Part shown: positions 58,551-64,000 of the stretch, piece after piece
How the letters are laid out: each line of letters begins with the position of its first letter
Position numbering within the stretch: position 1 is the stretch's first letter
Assembly: GCA_964537615.1 (NCBI GenBank)
Contig: CAZIBX010000001.1
Coordinates: 1,929 to 65,928, forward strand
DNA from: an uncultured Pseudomonadales bacterium
GTDB taxonomy: Bacteria; Patescibacteriota; Microgenomatia; UBA1400; PJMF01
DNA length: 64,000 bases
Reading direction: 5' to 3'
Translations under genes and position numbers: made by a program
Notes under the pieces: generated by a model
What the model was told of the DNA's origin: nothing
The model's database searches: none
Seen by the model: the letters and a program-made list of their open reading frames with translations, nothing else

Positions 58551-59114
58551 ATGATGGAATCAGTCTCTCGCCAAGAATCAAAACATAAATCTCTGGGTTT
58601 TACCCTGATTGAGTTGTTGGTAGTGGTGGTAATTTTGGGTGTTTTGGCAGCTGTCGGTTTGGGGGCTTATCTATCTGGTCAGACCAAAGCTCGTGACGCC
58701 AGACGCAAAAATGACCTCAAATCCATTACGGCGGCGCTTGAGGCCTATTACAATGACACCAGAAGTTACCCCCAGTCCAGTTCCGGTCAAATTATGGTTG
58801 ATGGTTGTAGTTTGGGAGTGTGTAGTTGGGGTAGTGAGATGAAAGACAGTGTCGGTACTACCTACATGGTTCAGTTGCCTCAAGACCCCAGGTCTAGTTG
58901 GGATTATTGCTATGTTGATCAGCAAGGTGGTCAGGCCTACTTGCTTTTGGCCAGACTGGAGAACTCTCAAGACAGCATTATTCCCCAAGTTGGGGGGCAG
59001 AACGGCTACTATCTCACCGCCGACTTGGGTTGTAGTCAAGTAGTAGGTAGTAACTATAATTATGTGGTAGCCAGCTCCAACGCCACTCTGCCTACCGCCG
59101 AATTGGAGCCATAA
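58551..59114 (+). CDS. Type IV pilin / GspG-like pseudopilin
   Basis: GFTLIELLVV; KARDARRKNDL..YYNDTRSYP; LPQDP. Confidence 0.92.
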   Translation: MMESVSRQESKHKSLGFTLIELLVVVVILGVLAAVGLGAYLSGQTKARDARRKNDLKSITAALEAYYNDTRSYPQSSSGQIMVDGCSLGVCSWGSEMKDSVGTTYMVQLPQDPRSSWDYCYVDQQGGQAYLLLARLENSQDSIIPQVGGQNGYYLTADLGCSQVVGSNYNYVVASSNATLPTAELEP

Positions 59115-59119
59115 AACTT

Positions 59120-59587
59120 ATGTCAAATAACAACCAAATCAAGCGAGGTTTTACTTTGATCGAACTGCTGGTAGTCATCACCATTATCGGGATTTTGGCT
59201 ATCGTCTTGATTCCCAATATGGTCGGTATGCGCCAAAGAGCCAGTGATAACTCTGGTAAACAACAACTGACCCATCTCAAAGACGCTCTCCGGCTTTACT
59301 ACAATGATTATCAGTCTTACCCCTCAACCGGTTTGAACAATGCCATGAATGGTTGTGGCGACGGAGATGATGCTTGTGTCAATGGTGGTGACTTTTCTGC
59401 CAATGGCACACTTTACTATAAACAACTGCCGGCAGAGTTTTGGTATGAGCAAACTATGTCTGGCGATGGTTTTGTAGCTTGGATCGAGCTCCAAAATGCT
59501 TCTGATCATGAAATTGCCGAGAGTGCCAGCCGGTGTAACAAAACGCCAGCAGTTGGTGATACTTATTACTACGTTTGTTCTTATTAA
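59120..59587 (+). CDS. Type IV pilin / GspG-like pseudopilin
   Basis: RGFTLIELLVV; ALRLYYNDYQSYP. Confidence 0.92.
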   Translation: MSNNNQIKRGFTLIELLVVITIIGILAIVLIPNMVGMRQRASDNSGKQQLTHLKDALRLYYNDYQSYPSTGLNNAMNGCGDGDDACVNGGDFSANGTLYYKQLPAEFWYEQTMSGDGFVAWIELQNASDHEIAESASRCNKTPAVGDTYYYVCSY

Positions 59588-59594
59588 TTTTTTT

Positions 59595-62500
59595 CTATTG
59601 CACGATCCACCAACTGAAGTGAATATCTTCAGTTACCGGAGTGTCGATACCGACCACAAACCTGCCGGTGTTTTGGTTGGAGTGAGCAGTTTTGGACTTG
59701 ACGTAGATGACTTGATTTTGAGTACTGCCTTGGGGAGTAATCTGGACAATCGATTGGTCATTGATAACATTGTTGTTGATAGTTAACTCTGTTGTGCCGG
59801 CTGTCAAAACGGCTGTGCCGGCGGTTTTGTTGGCCTGTAGTTGAGCTGACTCACTAGACGGTGGAGCGCCCAGATTTTCTGATCCGACTCCGATCCCGCC
59901 GGCAAACTGGGCCTGGCCTGTGGCAGAAATAGTGGCTACCGGCGCACCTAGCTCGTTGACGATCTCAAATCTGGACTGTTTCAGCTCTCCAGATTGAGTG
60001 GAGAGACCGGCTACCTGGACTTGGAAGGGGTTGCCAAAATCAACCGGTTGAATCAGTCCGGTCAGTAAAGTTTTGCCCACTGTTAAGTTATCTTGAACAG
60101 CTAGTGAGCCCTTGATCTCCACTTGACCGGTTTGGTCCAGAGTCATCAGCCCGGCCAAAAGTTCAATCCGGCCTTGACCAGAGGGTTGGATTTTCAAAGT
60201 TTGGCTGTCATGATCAGAGTGAAGGGCGATGTAGTCATAGCCGATCTCCATCTGGGTGCCTACCCGCAGTTTTCCGCCGATGCCCATCATGTCAGCCACA
60301 AAAGCCGTACCATTAACTTCAAAGTAGTGAGTCAAGTAAGCGGCGTTGGCTCGCAGTGAAATGCCGTTTTCTGGCAAACTGACATCAATTAAACTTTGGT
60401 TAGTTTGACCATCGGCCGAGCTGGTAGCTTCAATGCCGGTAGAAATGACGGCGGCATACAGTTGATCCAGACTGGCCGAGGTAGAGCTACTGGAACTATT
60501 ACTGACATTGAGTAAATCTTTGAGTGATGGTTGGCTAAAAGCGTCGGCAATTTGTTGGTCCAGATTGGCGATGTTATCAGCGTACAGAGTACCAGAGACT
60601 GTGGCTTCAACCAGCTCGGCCGTTGTGGCTTTGATTTGAGATAACTGGGCCATGCCGGCTTCCAGCTGGGCAATTCTGGCGGATTGAACAGTCAGTTCAC
60701 CACCAACTGAAGCATCGCCGGAAACAATCAACTCACCCAGAGCTGTTTGACCAGACACTTCTAAGTTTTGAGCTTGTGTATTTTGAACCTGAATGGTTTC
60801 AGCTTGAATATTTTGGGCTGTCAAAGTGTCTGTCACCAACAGGTCAGCCAGAGCTGAACTGGTAGCCGGCTGTGGAGTAGGTGATGGTGTAATGATGGGT
60901 TGATCGGCGATGTTGGTGTTGCTGATGTTGTTCTTGATGTAATCAGCCAGTTTTTGACCATCTATAGTTAGTTCTTTGACATTTAACTGGTTAATGTTGG
61001 CCAATTGGTTGACAACCAGATTTTGCGTCTGTACCAAGCCAGTTGTTAAAGTTGTTTTGATAGATTGAGTCAAATCAGATACGGTATCTGTCCAATAAGC
61101 TATTGTAGAAGTGAGACCACTTACTTGAGAGGCAACCATGGAATTATTGTTTTCGAAATGATCAAGTAAAGATTGATACTCTTTATGCACCCCTTGAATT
61201 CCCAGCACAGCATACCCCAGCGTGTTGACGGGATTAACAATTGTGCCGTTATGATGCATGGCCCATGATGATTCATCAGCCATCACACCCACATACTGTG
61301 TATCACTGTCCAGTGTTCCCATGCCGGGTTTGTAGTGAAAGTTATAAACAGTAGTCTTGAGTATTTTGTCTAAAGCATCTTGATAATCAGCTACTCCGTT
61401 TATATTTTTAAGCTCTCTTTGTGATCCTGCTGCAGCCCAAGATGTGACGCCGGATCCGTTAGTTTGAAGTTGCTGACCACTGTTACCGGCACCATTGGGT
61501 AGAGTCATAGTCCATACACCAGCTGAAGCTGCGACGCCAAGAGTGACATTACCAGAACCACTACCAGCAAACCTCATCACACCAGCTGTGTTACCGGCTA
61601 GACCTAAATCGAGCATGACTCCAGGACTGGAGTTGCCAATTCCCACTCTTTGTCTAAACCAAGCTGTGCCTCCCACTCCCAGGTTACGACTGATAGAGAC
61701 ACCAGCACCAAGGAAGGAAGTATTGGAGTATGAACCCATGATACCGGTAGTGACTATATTATCTGCTCCTGTATCAATCGCACCAAAGCCAGAAGCAATC
61801 GAACCACTAGTTAAAGCTCCTACTTTAGTTAAAGATGAGTTAACTACGTTATTACCAAGAGTAGTAGCATCAAGAACTGAAGTACCAGCTATATAGTAGG
61901 CATTACCAGTGAGTAGATTAACATTTCCTCCCACACCTAGAGCATAACTAGAAGCTGTTTGACCTATACCTACATTACCTGTGAAGTTAGCTGTGCCTCC
62001 CACTCCCAAGTTACCACTGATAGAGACACCAGCACCAAGGAAGGAAGTATTGGAGTATGAACCCATGATACCGGTAGTAACTATGTTTTCTGCTCCAGTA
62101 TCAATAGCTCCAAAGCCAGAAAAAATACAATCTTTCCAAGCTCCACCTTCATAGCAGCGAAACTTATTATTGGTTGAGTTGTAGTAAGTGGCGCCATTAA
62201 CTTGTATGCCGGTTGGGTCACTAGTCCCGTAGTCCAGAACCAACAGGTCTGTATCAGTGGTATTCTGATCACCGATATTTACCCGGGCCGAGGAAGAGTT
62301 GCCACCGGGGGCTAGCGTCAAATGTTCACTGCTTGGCGTAGTAATATCGTTGACAGCGTTATTGAAGATCAGACCACTTGAGCCGATAGATTTATTATTA
62401 AGAGTCTGGGTGGCATTTAATCCAACAAAAGTATCATTGGAGCCAAAGTCCGGTACTAAATATGTTCGCTGGGCAGCTGGATTGGCAAAACTGATTGTTG

Positions 62501-64000
62501 TTAAGTTGGTCGTGGGAATTTCCAGAGAAGTAGTACCTAGTTGAACGTTGTTATTTTGACTTAACTTGATCAAGTTGATATCGGCCGAGTCAGCTGCGTT
62601 TCTGGCAGTGATCCAAGTGTTATTTTTGAGAGATATATCACCGTTTGGATTAATTCCCAGGTTGGGGTCAAAGTAGCCCAAGTTAATAAAAACCAGGATT
62701 TTGCCCACTGCCGCCGTATCGGCGTTGGAGTAACTTTCTAGTGCTCGGCCGATGATATAACCGGGATTGGTAGCTTTGGTCCCGATACCGGCTACACCAC
62801 TACTAGTGATGGGATCGCCCGGGGCAATGTTACCGTTGGCACTGCTGACTTTAACTGGTACCCGGCCTGAAATGGATACATCAACATCACCATACTTATC
62901 ACCTCCCAGACTTTTTTCTGATGAGGTGGATACGACCCCGATTAGTTTTTCATCACCAGATTTAGTAGCTTTTTCAATCAGTCCGTTAGCACTATTGATA
63001 GCCACAATATCACCGGAAACAGCAGTCACACCTGATGAGAGTAAATATTTTTGTGACACATCTGATTCACGGACGCTGTCGGGCAACGCCTTTTTTTCTT
63101 CCTCCTTTTGTTCTCTGGTAGTGATGGTGGAGTTACGTTGTGCCAAATGACCAGAAATAACGGAATCCACGGTGGGTTTCACAACCAGTTCATCCAGCGA
63201 GTTAACGGTAGTTGTTTCAACAATCAATTCTGCCGGGTCAATGCCGAAATTTTGTGCGATAAAACGCATGGCCCAAAACCTGCCGGCTTCGTAATAACGT
63301 GATTCAATCTTTTCCAGGTCGCTGATTTGATCAAAGCTGGAAAGCCAGCCCCTTTTGTTGACAATGTAGTTGCGAAGTAGATCGGTAATTGCCTGTTGAT
63401 CGGAGGCGGACAGCTGATTGATAAAATTAGATAACTGGGTGACCGTCAAGGGTTTGACTGAAGCAAAACGCTGGCCAGATTTAAGAGAGGTGCCGATAAA
63501 TGGGTTGGGATTGGCCGGATATTCCTCTGGATTGACTGGATCTTCACTCTGCCAGACATTGGCAATGGTTCCGCCAGCATTAACCACTGTCCAGATAGTC
63601 GGATGGTCTGATGCAGTCACATAACGCCAGCGGATATCAAAACTACCACTGACACAGCTCATGTTGATTATCCTGAATCTACCTACAGTGTCATTGGTGG
63701 CGTTTGCCAGAAAAACATTGAGTTGTCCTGACGTGTCATCACAGTCATCGGCTTCAATGCTTGGGAAAAATGAGTAATCATTCATGGCCACATCAAGGTT
63801 TCCGGTACCGGCTGTTGATGAAGTGGCAGTCTTTAACTCTCCTTGACCTACTGCGCTGGCCCCGATATCGCCTTGACCTAGACAATCAGAGCAAGAAAAA
63901 TCACCGGCCGTAACTGTACCAGTGAAGTTGGCGGCACCCGTTACACCCAAGCTGTAACTACCATTGGCGGTTTGACCGATTCCGACATTTCCCACAAATC
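59595..64000 (-). CDS. Giant fibre/adhesin-like surface protein (5' end lies outside the window)
   Basis: Frame open to the window edge; GNVGIG repeats; peptidase-G2-like segment (GRVPVKVS..GDPITSS..GRALE); S74-like segment (GSQRELKNI..YNFHYK..GVMADE). Confidence 0.75.
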   Translation of the reverse strand, partial: FVGNVGIGQTANGSYSLGVTGAANFTGTVTAGDFSCSDCLGQGDIGASAVGQGELKTATSSTAGTGNLDVAMNDYSFFPSIEADDCDDTSGQLNVFLANATNDTVGRFRIINMSCVSGSFDIRWRYVTASDHPTIWTVVNAGGTIANVWQSEDPVNPEEYPANPNPFIGTSLKSGQRFASVKPLTVTQLSNFINQLSASDQQAITDLLRNYIVNKRGWLSSFDQISDLEKIESRYYEAGRFWAMRFIAQNFGIDPAELIVETTTVNSLDELVVKPTVDSVISGHLAQRNSTITTREQKEEEKKALPDSVRESDVSQKYLLSSGVTAVSGDIVAINSANGLIEKATKSGDEKLIGVVSTSSEKSLGGDKYGDVDVSISGRVPVKVSSANGNIAPGDPITSSGVAGIGTKATNPGYIIGRALESYSNADTAAVGKILVFINLGYFDPNLGINPNGDISLKNNTWITARNAADSADINLIKLSQNNNVQLGTTSLEIPTTNLTTISFANPAAQRTYLVPDFGSNDTFVGLNATQTLNNKSIGSSGLIFNNAVNDITTPSSEHLTLAPGGNSSSARVNIGDQNTTDTDLLVLDYGTSDPTGIQVNGATYYNSTNNKFRCYEGGAWKDCIFSGFGAIDTGAENIVTTGIMGSYSNTSFLGAGVSISGNLGVGGTANFTGNVGIGQTASSYALGVGGNVNLLTGNAYYIAGTSVLDATTLGNNVVNSSLTKVGALTSGSIASGFGAIDTGADNIVTTGIMGSYSNTSFLGAGVSISRNLGVGGTAWFRQRVGIGNSSPGVMLDLGLAGNTAGVMRFAGSGSGNVTLGVAASAGVWTMTLPNGAGNSGQQLQTNGSGVTSWAAAGSQRELKNINGVADYQDALDKILKTTVYNFHYKPGMGTLDSDTQYVGVMADESSWAMHHNGTIVNPVNTLGYAVLGIQGVHKEYQSLLDHFENNNSMVASQVSGLTSTIAYWTDTVSDLTQSIKTTLTTGLVQTQNLVVNQLANINQLNVKELTIDGQKLADYIKNNISNTNIADQPIITPSPTPQPATSSALADLLVTDTLTAQNIQAETIQVQNTQAQNLEVSGQTALGELIVSGDASVGGELTVQSARIAQLEAGMAQLSQIKATTAELVEATVSGTLYADNIANLDQQIADAFSQPSLKDLLNVSNSSSSSTSASLDQLYAAVISTGIEATSSADGQTNQSLIDVSLPENGISLRANAAYLTHYFEVNGTAFVADMMGIGGKLRVGTQMEIGYDYIALHSDHDSQTLKIQPSGQGRIELLAGLMTLDQTGQVEIKGSLAVQDNLTVGKTLLTGLIQPVDFGNPFQVQVAGLSTQSGELKQSRFEIVNELGAPVATISATGQAQFAGGIGVGSENLGAPPSSESAQLQANKTAGTAVLTAGTTELTINNNVINDQSIVQITPQGSTQNQVIYVKSKTAHSNQNTGRFVVGIDTPVTEDIHFSWWIVQ
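61662..62121. repeat. Intragenic 133-bp direct repeat (61662-61794 and 61989-62121)
   Basis: About 8 mismatches; encodes SGFGAIDTGA(E/D)NIVTTGIMGSYSNTSFLGAGVSIS(G/R)NLGVGGTA. Confidence 0.9.

Noticed and set aside
61662-62121. DGR template/variable repeat pair
   Set aside because: Mismatches are not confined to adenines, most are synonymous, and no reverse transcriptase is present.
59595-64000. Prophage
   Set aside because: Only fibre-like domains; no terminase, capsid, portal or integrase in the window.
1-64000. Alternative genetic code (TGA read as Gly)
   Set aside because: Genes end at TGA with ATGA/TGATG coupling and conserved genes are intact in code 11.

Overview
64 kb around the replication origin of a small-genome bacterium. 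Gene content points to Patescibacteria/CPR, probably Microgenomates (inference); TGA is used as stop, so the code is standard. Left half (1.5-27.2 kb): a chromosomal type IV secretion-like locus running directly into dnaA. It has 11 tandem VirB2/TrbC-like pilin paralogues, a large secreted clan GH-A glycosidase-like protein, a VirB6-like protein, a 1353-aa membrane protein ending in an M23 peptidase, PrgI, a VirB4-N-like protein and a VirB4 ATPase. No relaxase, coupling protein or integrase was recognised in the window. Centre: dnaA-oriC (DnaA boxes and trios)-dnaN-rpmH-rnpA-yidD-yidC-jag-rnhA, DUF4012, rplY, valS. Right: VanW, an orphan solute-binding protein, an NTase-cytidylyltransferase fusion, radA, ltaE, rho, LysM-M23, obgE, an O-antigen-ligase/TPR protein facing three type IV pilins, and a truncated giant fibre-like protein. 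Signals outside the ORF track: -10 boxes 6-10 nt before many start codons (leaderless-type genes), a repeat cluster at 11.6-12.0 kb, candidate structured RNAs at 37.8-38.05, 48.1, 49.55 and 49.74 kb, a 49-aa small ORF, and a frameshift-split kinase-like gene. All calls come from reading motifs by eye; no searches were run.
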